Shown: positions 21,035 through 32,424 of the stretch, in pieces
How the letters are laid out: every line of letters starts with the position of its first letter
How positions within the stretch are numbered: position 1 is the stretch's first letter
From: Octopus sinensis
Lineage: Eukaryota
DNA: 36,753 bases
NCBI RefSeq assembly: GCF_006345805.1
Contig: NW_021836844.1
Location: 1 to 36,753 of the forward strand
Direction: 5' to 3'
Notes under the pieces: model-generated
The model's database searches: none
Told to the model about the DNA's origin: nothing
The model's input: the letters and a program-made list of their open reading frames with translations, nothing else
Program-made: the position numbers and the translations under genes

Positions 21035-24000
21035 TCATAGGACTATGCTCAAGGTGGCTTCGTCATTCATACGTGCCATTCTTGCTACATTCACCCATCT
21101 TTTTTTAAAACATTCGCTAGACAAAACTTGCCTCTCTACTCTCACTTTCCTTTTTTCAAGTGGTACTTGAAGAAGTTGATGAGAGATTGACCAGAGAGGA
21201 AAGTGTTTGTCTCCAATCCTTTCAGACGCGGTCCACCAGATACATTCTTTCGCCATAGCCACAAGGATGATGAAAATAGCTTTTCCTTCCCGTTTGAAGG
21301 AAGGAGGGTGACAATATGACGATAGACTCAGCTGATAACCGACTCGTCCCACACGTGACAGCAGTTGTTCGACATAAGCCCACAGGTCGGAAAGTTGTTG
21401 GACACTGAACGAGTGCGTGCAGAACGGTTTCGTCGCTCTGACCGCATCTCGGCAGGTCGGCCCGTGTTTCTCGAGCCGTGTCTGTAGAGCTTATCCCGAA
21501 CGGGTAGCGCTTCTCGGTAGCACTGCCAGGCCAGGGATCTCTGGAAGTTGTCCATGGGCCCTGGCCCGAAAGTCGTCCCGAACAGCAGGCGGTCAGGTAC
21601 TCCTCGTCGACGGTCCAGGTTCGCCCCGAGCTCGTCGTCGTACCTCCCCTCCACTAAGCCCTATAGAATGCTTTGGTTGTGTTGAAGTCACTTAAGGTCG
21701 ACCCAGGACGGCAGAGTTGCTTGAGAGCAACGCGACACTCCGCGGTGCCATTCGCCCTTCCTCGGCCTCTTTTTGATCCACGACTGCAGTTCGGTCATGG
21801 AGACGAGCTGCGGGAAAGCGTGCCTCACAAACGGCGACCACACCTGTTCACCGTCGTCTACATAGAGCCAGAGATGTCGCAGTCTCAGCGCGTGTCTGCG
21901 CATCATCAACCACGGCATGCCCAGCCCTCCTTTTAACGGGTGTTGACAGCAAATGGATCGCCTGACCATCGGGACGCATCCTTTCCACAGAAGCGAAAGA
22001 GGATGCGTTGTAGTTTGGTGATGGTAGGGTCGGGACAAGGTACGACGGTCAGGCGGTGTATATGACGGACGCGATGTACGTGTTCGCCACCTCCGCTCGA
22101 CTTTTAGGGACAGTTTCCTCTCGGCCCATTGCCGGGCGAGAGTGACCACCCTACTCGTTATCTCGTTCCAGTTCTTCTCCACTTGGAGGTCCGGACAAAC
22201 CAGACCCCGAGCAACTCAACCGGGCCGTCGGTCCAGCGTCCCCGACGGAGGCGCTGGTGGACGGCATGGGCTTGCTTCTCCAGGTGCCTAGTCGCAAGCC
22301 CACTGACTTTTCCCGGTTGATTTTCGCTCCTGTCACCGCTTCGTAGTTTTTCAGTGTCTCGCCGACCAGCTCGATGTGCTCGTGGCTAGACACTATGACG
22401 GTGACGTCGTCCCGTATGCAGACACGCTCGTCCCGCATCCCAATTCTCGCGGGATGCCCCTTAGAGTCGCCAGCTTCCGCAGTAGTGGCTCAAGAGTCAT
22501 ACGTATAGAAGCGCCGAGAGGGGCATCCCTGACGGACCGAACGTGCAATGTCGAAAGGTCTCGATAGATGTCCTTTACGCGAATTACCGAACGGATGCCT
22601 CTGTACAAGGCAGCTATCCAGCCGCCGGAAGACGGGACCGAACCAGCCGCTCTCAGGACTGCCTCCAAGTATCGATGGTCTACCCTATCAAAGGCTTTTG
22701 ATTGATCCAAGTTGATCAGGGCCCCACCCATGCCAGGTTCGTTAACTACCCTGTCTATGATGTAGCGCATCAGATGGAGGTTGTCATGGATGGTCCGGCC
22801 TGGCACGGCGCATGTTTGCGCCTTGTCGACCAGTTTCTCTCGATGACAAGCGCCAACCTCTTGGCTAGCACCTTGGCCAAAATTTTCAAGTCTGCATTAA
22901 GCAGAGTGATGGGCCTAAAGTTATCTATTACATTTCCCTTGTTTAGATCTTTCTTCAGCAGTGTACGGCTCCTCGGCTCACAAAACCAGGAATGCTCCCG
23001 TTTTGCTGCCAGTTGCAGTACACCGCCGCCAAGATCTCCAAACAAGTCTGGCATACAATTGTAAAGCTCGTAGGTAGACCATCCAACCCGGTGATTTGTC
23101 CCTCGAGCATTCTGCCATCGCTTCCCGCACTTCCGCCGCCGTGATGGCACCTTCGCAGCACCCTGCCTTTCTTGTCGAGAGTCGTGGTAGGCTATGTAGG
23201 TAGCACTGAAGTCCACCCACGTTCGTTCTTGCCCTCCACTCGTTCCGAACAGTCGGGCAAAATGCTGCTGAAAGGCCTCACACATTTACTTGGCTCGAGC
23301 AATTCGCGCCCCTGTTCATCTACCAGTGACCGAATGGTGGCTTTGTTGCCCTGTTGCGCCTCTGCCACCCGGGCCTCTCTCGCGGCTCCAACACCTTCGT
23401 TCCTTAGAGCACGCATCCTAGCTCTGACAGCACATCCTTCGTGTTTGGGGTTGAAGTGTTGGTCGAGGGCCAACCTCGCCGCCAAAACGTCGGATGCGAT
23501 GCCGCTTCTAATTGCCTCTTCTAGCTTCTTAACTAGCTCACCCTCTACTCTATTTCTATCTATGGCTAGTGCTTTGCTGTACCTAATCGCTTCTTCTGCT
23601 TTTACTGCTCTCTTGAGGGCAAACCACATTTGTTGTTGATGATGGCTCCCGTCAAAGCCCTCTTTACTAGTGTGCTAATCCGGTCTCTGAAAACTTGTCT
23701 CGATGGGAAAGACGCGTTTAGTTTCCAGTATCCGGGACCCTGCCTAAGTGTCTTACCTAAGTCTAGCGTACATGTCACAAGTTTGTGATCCGTGTAGCTG
23801 ACTATGTGGAATTGTGGACATCGTATGCTATCTCTATCTACTGTCCTACACAGTATCCTATCTAGATACGATCTCGACGACCCGATGCGGTTGCTCCATG
23901 TCCACGTTGGCGCATTCGGGTGGTCTAGTCGAAACCTGTCAGACATTTTGAAAGCGTCTGAGCAGGTCTCTGAGGCATTTGCATCCCCGTCTATTCCTAT

Positions 24001-24465
24001 CTCTACCCACGTAGTCTACATGCGTGTCCAAGGTAGCATTCCAATCCCCCACTAAGAGTAAAGGACGAGACGTTCCCAAGAAAACTTCTAGACGTTGAAA
24101 GAAATCCGCCCGACCTGTTAAGGGCGGTGCGTAAACTGATACGAGCCGAAAAGCGCACCCATTGCTGCCGTCGACATCCAGGACGACCAGTCTACCCTCC
24201 GGGTCTACGAATATTGTCCTTACATTGAGATCCAGACTCTTGTGAAAAAGTACCGCGGTGCCACTACCGCCCATTCTCGGCAGACAGGGGGAAAAATAAA
24301 TGTTGAACTGTCCGCCAAACATGGTCTTTAGGGCCCGCGGATTGTGGAGTCTGGTCTCGCTTATGGCTATGATTTCTAACTTATGTGACTTTATGTCATT
24401 TAAGAGGTACCCTTGTTTCCAAGGGGACCCCAAGCCACGCGCATTTACACACCAATCTTGATCAT
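21035..24465 (-). pseudogene. Tx1 ORF2 (APE endonuclease + reverse transcriptase + zf-RVT), split by multiple frameshifts
   Basis: ATG at 24465 (MIKIG...). APE motifs IIAISETR, RLVSVYAP, LLVGDWNA, SYLDRI, TDHKLV. RT motifs FRPITLLNADLKILAKVLAKRL, GRTIHDN, INLDQSKAFDRVDH, DDVTV. C-terminal AWQCYREALPVRDKL...HALVQCP. Confidence 0.9.
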
Positions 24466-24740
24466 AGTTCTAATGAATTAGAATACAGAGGGTTACTTAC
24501 TGCTCGAAAGTTTTTGCTTTCTCCTCCGTTGGTTTGTCCTCGAGAAGATCCCAGTACAGTTTCTTTGTGAGATATTTTTGGCATTTACCAACCGCACTGG
24601 GGAAAATGCCTTTGAGTGTGTGGTGCAGACTTTTGGAGATGTGTATTATTTTGATGTGGTCTGGTGGTGTTGTGTATGGGTGGTTGTTTTTGTTTTTATG
24701 TCATCTTCTTTATGTTTTTTGTTTGATTGGATGTATTCCA

Positions 24741-26489
24741 TCAAATTGTGTTTTTGGTGTCTATGCTGTGAGCATGTTTGCTGTATATGTTTTTGTGTGG
24801 TGTTGTGTGGCTGTTGTTTGCGTTGGGTTTTGAAATGTCTTCGGGGGATGTATTTCCCCTGCTTTGTTCGTGTTTGCATTTGGTTTGGTTGTGTTTCTGC
24901 TCTTTATTTTCCTTCTTTTTGTAGCTATTTGCCATTCTCACTGGTTTCGTCTTCCGACGAAATTTCTGAGGATCAGAAGGGGGTAGGGGTATGTTGTGGG
25001 CTTCTATGTGTCTGTGTAAGTGGTTGTGTTGTTGTTTTCGTTGTTGTTGGTTGTTGAGTGTTGTGTGTGAGTGCGGTATAAGGGATGGGGGATCAGTTTG
25101 TGTGTGTTTTCTTTGTTTTTCTGTTCCTTTGGGGTTTGCTGTTGATGGTAGTGTTGGTATTTTTCCAGGTGTCGAGTGGTTTTTGGTTGATGACGGATTA
25201 GCTTGGTTGCTTCTCTCTTGTCGTCTCTGTGTTGATGGTGGTGTGGGTAGTAGAGCTTTTTTTCCGGAGTGCTTTGGTTGTGGTAGTGGTTGTTGTTGTT
25301 GCTCTTGGTGTGCAGTGGTTGGGCACGTCGTTTTCAAGTGTGTTTCGCTTCCACACAAATAGCAGCGTGGTCGCCTGCCCTCTACCACTATATAGAGTTT
25401 GTAGCCTCCTGGCAGTTCTATAGCGGTGGGTATCTTCTCTCTTGCTGCTTCATCCATTGAAGCAGGAATTCGATTGATTTGCCCACATAGTCTTTCTCTC
25501 CTAGAACCGCGATTTCCAGGATGTTTGTCTCTGACATTGTCTCTGACATTTCAAAGCAGATGGCAGAGACCACCCATTGTGTTTCGACATCAAATGGTAT
25601 GTTTTTTATTTGGACTTTCGTGACCCTTTTGTTTAAATAGACTGGTATCATTACCAAGTCGTCCGAATGTAGCTCCAATGTGGAAAAACGTTTTGCTAAA
25701 CTTTCGTTGAGGAAACGTACTTGGACTGTACCAAATTTGTTTCCCCAAACTGATATATTCCTTGGAGTCCCATACAGGACGAAGGCATTTATCGATTTTT
25801 TCCTGCGGTGCATTTTCTGTTCTTCTTGTTTTTTTGTTTATTACTTTATAATTATTGTTTTTTTTTGCGTGTTTTCCACGATGTGTTGTGGAATATGAAG
25901 GTGCAATTTGTCTCCTTCTTTGGAGAAGAGTGCCTTTGTGCGGTTTATCTCTTGTGTGGTGAATGTTACAATTGTTCTTTTTTGTTTTGTTACGTCCGCA
26001 AAATTCGTTCTGAATTTGGCAGTAGAAGTGTTAATTGTGGCAGTGTTAATTGAAGTCATGGTAGTGGTGTTGGTGTTGGCGGTATTAGCAGCAGAAGGCT
26101 TGGATGTAGCATTTGACGTCGTAGTAGTGGTGTTGGTGTTGGCGGTGTTGTCTTTGGTAGGCGGCTTTGTGCCAATTTCGTTGGTTGTTTTGTTGGTGGT
26201 GATGGTGGTGGTGCTGGCATTCATGTTTTCGTTTGTATTCATTTTTGAAATCCCTTTCTCTGTCCCTTTATCATCAACAAGTGGTGTGGGGAGTGGGGAA
26301 ATCTAAGTTAATGTCTTTGGTCGCGGCGATGGTGAATGCGACGTTAGATTTGTTGTTGTTGTTGTTGGTGGTGGTGATGGTGGTGACAGCGGTGTTCACG
26401 CTGCGATGTTTAGCAGCTAGTGGTAGCAATAGTGTTTTGCTACCGTTCTGCATGACTGGCGGGCTAGCCACGTGGTTTCTAGTTGCCAT
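24741..26489 (-). pseudogene. Tx1 ORF1 (gag-like: Thr/Asn-rich N-terminus, RRM-like segment, CCHC zinc knuckle), frameshifted
   Basis: ATG at 26489 (MATRNHV). RVTKVQIKNIPFDV RRM-like segment. CYLCGSETHLKTTC = CX2CX4HX4C at 25323-25364. The end point is approximate. Confidence 0.75.
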
Positions 26490-26702
26490 TTTCAAATGAA
26501 AATGGCTAAAAAACCCACGAAAGTTTTGAAAGTTTTTTGTAATTTCGCCCATACAGGGGCGGAATTCTACGTGAATAATTCTCAGGTTTTTTAGTGAATG
26601 AATTTGCACAACGATTAAAAAAAATATTTGACAACAAGGAGTTTTAAACATGTAAAAGTGCCAACTTACTTGGAGCCGATATGACTAGCGTCCGTCCATT
26701 GT

Positions 26703-26707
26703 GATAG

Positions 26708-26750
<43 letters not shown>

Positions 26751-26751
26751 C

Positions 26752-26790
<39 letters not shown>

Positions 26791-26812
26791 CAGATATACA
26801 GATAGATAGATA

Positions 26813-26874
<62 letters not shown>

Positions 26875-26890
26875 AGATAGACAGATATAC

Positions 26891-26954
<64 letters not shown>
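26703..26954. repeat. (GATA)n tract separating the two Tx1 copies
   Basis: Direct reading. Confidence 0.95.
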
Positions 26955-26955
<1 letters not shown>

Positions 26956-28167
26956 TGTTTCTTTATTAGCCACACAGGGCTGCACACAGATAGAACAAAT
27001 TACAAGTAGAGCTTTTCTTTTGAAGTTTAAAAAAAAAAAAGGAAGGGGGAGTTTCGATCAAAGGGATCGTAAAAGGAGAAAGAGGACAAAAAGGGGGGTT
27101 AAAAAAAGGGGGAGAGGAAAAAAAAATTGATCAATAGGGATCGTTATCACAGAAATGTCAATATGAAGTGTAAAGGGGAGGACAGGTGAGGTTTACCGTG
27201 GAAAGAAAAGCATACGGAAAAGACCACGGTAACCTCGGTCAATGGAGTCACATGTTATATTTCTTTTTTTTTTTTTTGCAAATAAGCACTCTTGTTTTTC
27301 AATTTCTGGTTCATAGGATCATGCTCAAGGTGGCTTCGTCATTCATACGTGTCATTCTTGCTACATTCACCCATCTTTTTTTAAAACATTCGCTAGACAA
27401 AACTTGCCTCTCTACTCTCACTTTCCTTTTCAAGTGGTACTTGAAGAAGTTGATGAGAGATTGACCAGAGAGGAAAGTGTTTGTCTCCAATCCTTTCAGA
27501 CGCGTCCACCAGATACATTCTTTCGCCATAGCCACAAGGATGATGAAAATAGCTTTTCCTTCCCGTTTGAAGGAGGGAGGCGTGACAATATTAACGATAG
27601 ACTCAGCTGATAAACCGACTCGTCCCATACGTGACAGCAGTTGTTCGACACAAGCCCACAGGTCGGAAATTGTTGGACTCTGCACGAGTGCGTGCAGAAC
27701 GGTTTCGTCGCTCTGACCGCATCTCGGGCAGGTCGGCCCCGTGTTTCTCGAGCCGTGTCTGTAGAGCTTATCCCGAACGGGTAGCGCTTCTCGGTAGCAC
27801 TGCCAGGCCAGGGATCTCTGGAAGTTGGCCATAGGCCCTGGCCCGAAAGTCGTCCCGAACAGGCGGGTCAGGTACTCCTCGTCGACGTCCAGGTTCGCCC
27901 CGAGCTCGTCGTCGTACCTCCACTCCACTAAACCCCTATAGAATGCTTTGGTTGTGTTGAAGTCACTCAAGGTCCACCCAGAACGGCAGAGTTGCTTGAG
28001 AGCAACGCGACACTCGCGGTGCCATTCGCTCTTCTTCGGCCTCTTTTTGATCCACGACTGCAGTTCGGTCATGGAGACGAGCTGCGGGAAAGCGTGCCTC
28101 ACAAACGGCGACCACACCTGTTCACCGTCGTCTACATAGAGCCAGAGACGTCGCAGTCTCAGCGCGT
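26955..28167 (-). mobile_element. 5'-truncated Tx1 copy (~1.2 kb), same family
   Basis: Colinear with ~20634-21892, with scattered substitutions and indels. Same 3' terminus. Homology stops at CAGCGCGT|TGATAGATAG. Confidence 0.92.
27311..28117 (-). CDS. Uninterrupted 268-codon C-terminal ORF2 fragment (zf-RVT region) of the truncated Tx1 copy; probably not expressed
   Basis: ORF track: AWQCYREALPVRDKLYRHGSRNTGPTCPRCGQSDETVLHALVQSP...ATLSMIL. Confidence 0.7.
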   Translation of the reverse strand: MWSPFVRHAFPQLVSMTELQSWIKKRPKKSEWHRECRVALKQLCRSGWTLSDFNTTKAFYRGLVEWRYDDELGANLDVDEEYLTRLFGTTFGPGPMANFQRSLAWQCYREALPVRDKLYRHGSRNTGPTCPRCGQSDETVLHALVQSPTISDLWACVEQLLSRMGRVGLSAESIVNIVTPPSFKREGKAIFIILVAMAKECIWWTRLKGLETNTFLSGQSLINFFKYHLKRKVRVERQVLSSECFKKRWVNVARMTRMNDEATLSMIL

Positions 28168-28168
28168 T

Positions 28169-28234
<66 letters not shown>

Positions 28235-28245
28235 CAGATAGATAG
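28168..28245. repeat. (GATA)n tract at the 5' junction of the truncated Tx1 copy
   Basis: Direct reading. Confidence 0.95.
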
Positions 28246-28354
28246 AAGGAGAGAGAGGGGAAAGAAATGAGCCAAAAAGAATTACAAGACAAGTATATTT
28301 AATATTAGTGTGCTAATATACATGACTCTTATGTTTTTAAGTATATACATATAC

Positions 28355-28405
<51 letters not shown>

Positions 28406-28484
28406 TATATATACATGCAGAAATATATATACACACAAAAACACATCTATACACACATTCATACAGATATACACACATACATAT

Positions 28485-28530
<46 letters not shown>

Positions 28531-28646
28531 TATGTATGTGGTATGTATGTATGTATGTATTATGTATGTATATATGTATATATATATATACATATATATA
28601 TAGGTAGATAGAGAGATAGAGAGATAGTAGATAGATAGATAGATAG

Positions 28647-28681
<35 letters not shown>

Positions 28682-29096
28682 TAGATAGATAGATAGATAG
28701 ATAGATATATGTGTGCGATACATATACATATATTCTGTTTCAATTTAGTATGCATGCATATAAGAAAAATATTTCTATTTGCTTATTCGGGTTCCTGTCT
28801 TGATGTTTTGTCAGGATATTATTTAGTTCTTTGTGTTTTGTTTCATTTCGAAACAACTGCTGCTGCTAGTGCTGCTGTTGCTGCTGGTGCAATATATATT
28901 CTATTCGTCATGGCACCAATCATTTTACCATTATTATCTCTCTATGCGAGTACGTTTTAAACAAATATCACGGGATTTATAGATTTTCGGTAGAAGCTAA
29001 CTGAGGTTCCGTATGTGTGTTATGCAATATGGAATCTGATGTCAGCTACAATGTACACTACATCAAACAATAAAGGCTCTTTGTGTTCAGCAGATT

Positions 29097-29128
29097 AACA
29101 TGGCGGAAGTGAAAACACAATGACGTCA
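29097..29128. promoter_or_regulatory. Possible cis-motif cluster: YY1-like AACATGGCGG, ETS-like CGGAAGT, CRE TGACGTCA
   Basis: Three consensus-like motifs within 32 bp in non-repeat DNA. No TSS evidence. Confidence 0.2.
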
Positions 29129-29313
29129 GGCTAATACTACTTTCGTAAACTCGTATCGATGCGTTTGCGTGTTTAAATATATATATGTGTGTGTATGCAC
29201 GTGGCTGTGTGAGAGTGTATGCGCAAGTGTGTTTGTTGAGTTTGTGTGTACGTAGAGATAAATAGATTAGTATGTTGATAAATGGGTATATAAATAAATG
29301 TACATATATTTGA

Positions 29314-29378
<65 letters not shown>

Positions 29379-29940
29379 TAGTGTGCATATATCTGAGATG
29401 TTTGTGTGTGTGTGTACTCGTATATATGCACGCATGTATACATATCTAAATGCATATATTGCAAACGCACATACATCATTTACCTCTTTAACTACCCCTA
29501 CCCCTCTATATTCCTCTTCCCACTCTCTCTGTCTATGTGTATATATATATATATATATAATATATATATATACATACATATATATAGGCACTTAGACACC
29601 CGTACACACACAAACTCTGCTAACCCTGTACCTTCTTGATTTGTCCTTATCTTACGACACAACTATCGCTCATATCTACACGCAGACAAAGTCAAGTACG
29701 CATTCTCACGTACATAAACACACACACACGTACTTATGATCTCTGATCTTGCTCCTCCACCATTACCACAGCCACAACTATCTGTTTCTTCTATATAAAA
29801 TAATATATGGACCACCACCGCTGTTATTGATTTTAAAATACCTGTAAAACCAGGCGCTGAGCTCAGTTTTTTCCATCCATCATTTTCCTCGCCAATACAA
29901 ACGAGACATCCTCTGCATTACGATAATACACTCACCGTAC

Positions 29941-29994
29941 CTTAATATACATTGAACAAAAAACAACGTTAAAATAAATACGAAGCCGATGTTA
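29941..29994 (-). other. Candidate 54-nt symmetric (phase 2-2) coding exon, hydrophobic
   Basis: Strong pyrimidine tract ending ...TCTGATTACAG, donor AAG|GTACGG (alternative G|GTGAGT 5 nt further). Encodes NIGFVFILTLFFVQCIL(R). Confidence 0.3.
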
Positions 29995-30487
29995 CTGTAA
30001 TCAGATATGAAAGAGGAAAGATATGATGAAAGAAATGAATGATATGTATAATTAGGTGAAGAAAGTAACGCAAGGCCCATTCGAATTTTGTATTATTAAA
30101 ATTTAAGAGAAAACTTGACTACATGTAGGAAACTCAAATAGAAGAGGACACCTAGAGTATACCTGCATATATATATATATCTATATATATATATATATGC
30201 TAGCTTTCTTACAAAAAGTCTAATGCTCTTAGCTTAGACGTTTTGTGTGGCAACCAGATCGAACTGTCTCAAGTGTAACTGCCCGAAACAGTAAGGAATT
30301 CTGGTGTACTTGACTGAGAAAACAAGGCCATGTATGACCCGTCTTTTTTTTTTTGCATTTTCCTTCTTATTGTTGTCTCCCCTGTCCGCCTTCGTATCGT
30401 CTATCTGTCTGAATGTTTTATTGCCCTCTATTGAATATTTGTTCCTTTATATATATATATATTTGTATACAGAGGGAGAGAGAGAGA

Positions 30488-30491
30488 TAGG

Positions 30492-30579
<88 letters not shown>

Positions 30580-30585
30580 GATAGA
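30488..30585. repeat. (GATA)n microsatellite
   Basis: Direct reading. Confidence 0.95.
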
Positions 30586-30599
30586 GAGAGAGAGATTAA

Positions 30600-31480
30600 T
30601 TACTATTATTATTATTAGATCCAGGCTCCAAAGTGGGCCGCAGCAAGTAAGTCTACCTGCCACACTTCTCGTTCCGTCATCACTGCCTCGTGCTTCAGGA
30701 TACATTCCAGGCCAGTGTCGATGTAATTTTGACGGCCTTTCACTCTTCTTATATCACCATGAAGTGAGTTACACAAGATTAATCTGAATGCATCCAGTTT
30801 AGAGTGAGATATGCTGTGACCAGATAATAGTAGTGGTCACTGCTTCATCTCCCTACCTTTTTGTTAGGACTCCATAAAGGCTTTCATTTGTTATATGTTG
30901 CTGTCATTTCACATTTAGGGCCATTCGTAGGTACCTTGTGTACTATCCATTTAGCCCGTTTAGAGGAAGCACATGGTCTAGTGGTTAGAGCAGCGGACTC
31001 GCGGTCGAGGAATCGCGGGTTCGAATGTCAGATCGGGCGATGTGTGTGTTCATGAACGTAACACCTAAGCTCCATGCGGCTCCGGCTGAAGGTAATGGCG
31101 AACTTCTGCTGACTCTTTGGCCACAACTTTCTCTCAGTCTTTCTTCCTGCATCTTGCAGCTCACCTGCGACGGAACGGTGTCCCGTCCAGATGGGGAACC
31201 TATACGCCAAGTAAACTAGAAAACCGGCCCTTATGAGCAAGGCGTGGCTCGAGAAGGAAGAAACAAAATTTAGCCCGTTTGATAATTTCTTTGTCAGTGT
31301 CTCTGTTTCACTACCATTTATTATCACTGATTCGGCAGTTGCAATGAATGGCTTGACTTTGATTTGCTTTGGCAATTTGGTGTTGTAGACCTTCTTGAGA
31401 TTGTGACAGGTTGTCCATACTTGTGCCTTCCTGATCTTGTTGTCTGCCTCCGAACTGCTCTCCTAACTACCTAAGTGATT
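30600..31480 (-). pseudogene. Old RTE-clade LINE 3' fragment interrupted by a SINE
   Basis: Minus strand: KIRKAQVW...IKVKPFIATAESVIINGSETETLTKKLSNGLN, resuming after the SINE as LNG*YTRYLRMALNVK...ITNESLYG, ending ...EREVWQ with a (TAA)n tail near 30600-30617. Confidence 0.7.
30962..31267 (+). mobile_element. tRNA-derived SINE (family C-related) with 13-bp TSD
   Basis: Head CATGGTCTAGTGGTTAGAGCAGCGGACTCGCGGTCGAGGAATCGCGGGTTCGAATG. TSD ATTTAGCCCGTTT at 30949-30961 and 31268-31280. Confidence 0.82.
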
Positions 31481-31959
31481 CAGCATCACTGGAAAATGGG
31501 GACGAGTACCAAAATTGAATATTTGTGAAAGGTAAATTGTTAAGAATGAAAAAATGGTTGCGATTAGAATGTATTTTATAACCATGTCTGTGTGTTTGAC
31601 AATTTATTGATATTATAGCCGGTGAATATCAATAATAATGGTTTCAAATTTTGCACAAGGCCAGCAGTTTCTTCAGTGGTATTGTAAGTCACGTACATCA
31701 GGTTAGGTATCTGACAAGTATTTGATCAATCCTGGAAGGATGCAAACCAAAGCTCGCTTCAACGTAAATAGAGATCAATGATAAATAACAGTAGCTTAGG
31801 TAAGAAATGAATTTCATTGTAAAGGGGAAATGTGGAGTACTAACAATTTGTTATTGCAATATAGGGAACGAGAAAAGAAACGAGTATATTGGGATGAAAT
31901 AATTACGTATTCGATGGATCAGAATCCGTTTTAATTGTAAAAGATGAGTGGGGAGAGAA

Positions 31960-32369
31960 TTCTACTATATGGCTCAGAAACCTGGACGTTATCAAAGAAG
32001 CTTGAGAGGCGATTGGATGGAACTTACACTCGCCTCCTTATGAAAGCTCAAAATTTCTCGTGGAAGCATCATCCAACCAAAGTACAAATATATGGGAAAC
32101 TACCACCTGAGTCATCTCTTGTGAAAGGTAGAAGAGTCCAGTTTGCTGGACATTGTTGTAGAGCTGAAAACGAGGTAATTTCTACTCTTCTCCTCTGGAA
32201 GCCATCTGCTCACGATACCAGAGGGCGCACACTCTCCTACCCTGATGTAATCTCCAGGGATACAGGCAAACAGCAACAAGACCTCCGTAATGCTATGATT
32301 GACCGTGAGGTCTGGTGTAACATAGTAAATTCCATTGTCTCGATCACGGTTGAACAATGATGATGATGA
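31960..32369 (+). mobile_element. 5'-truncated RTE-clade LINE with intact C-terminal reading frame, (TGA)n tail and 11-bp TSD
   Basis: LLYGSETWTLSKKLERRLDGTYTRLL...QFAGHC...AMIDREVW is the RTE C-terminal signature. TSD TGGGGAGAGAA at 31949-31959 and 32370-32380. Confidence 0.88.
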
Positions 32370-32424
32370 TGGGGAGAGAAGGAAGTAAAGGAGGGAAGAA
32401 TAGAATTCGATTTGGTAAATGAAT

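Larger units (their letters stand above)
20634..26702 (-). mobile_element. Full-length Tx1-clade (L1 group) non-LTR retrotransposon, ~6.07 kb, frameshifted
   Basis: In order: 5' UTR, ORF1 (RRM-like plus CCHC knuckle), ORF2 (APE endonuclease, RT, C-terminal Cys motif), 3' UTR with AATAAA (plus-strand TTTATT 20641-20646). GPGYWKLNAS after the endonuclease is typical of Tx1-type ORF2. Bounded by (GATA)n at both ends. Confidence 0.9.

Noticed and set aside
26955-28167. Truncated Tx1 copy as a pure assembly duplicate of copy 1
   Set aside because: It has multiple substitutions (e.g. GTCGACCCAGG vs GTCCACCCAGA; TGTCCATGG vs GGCCATAGG) and its own GATA-bounded 5' junction. Not fully excluded without reads.
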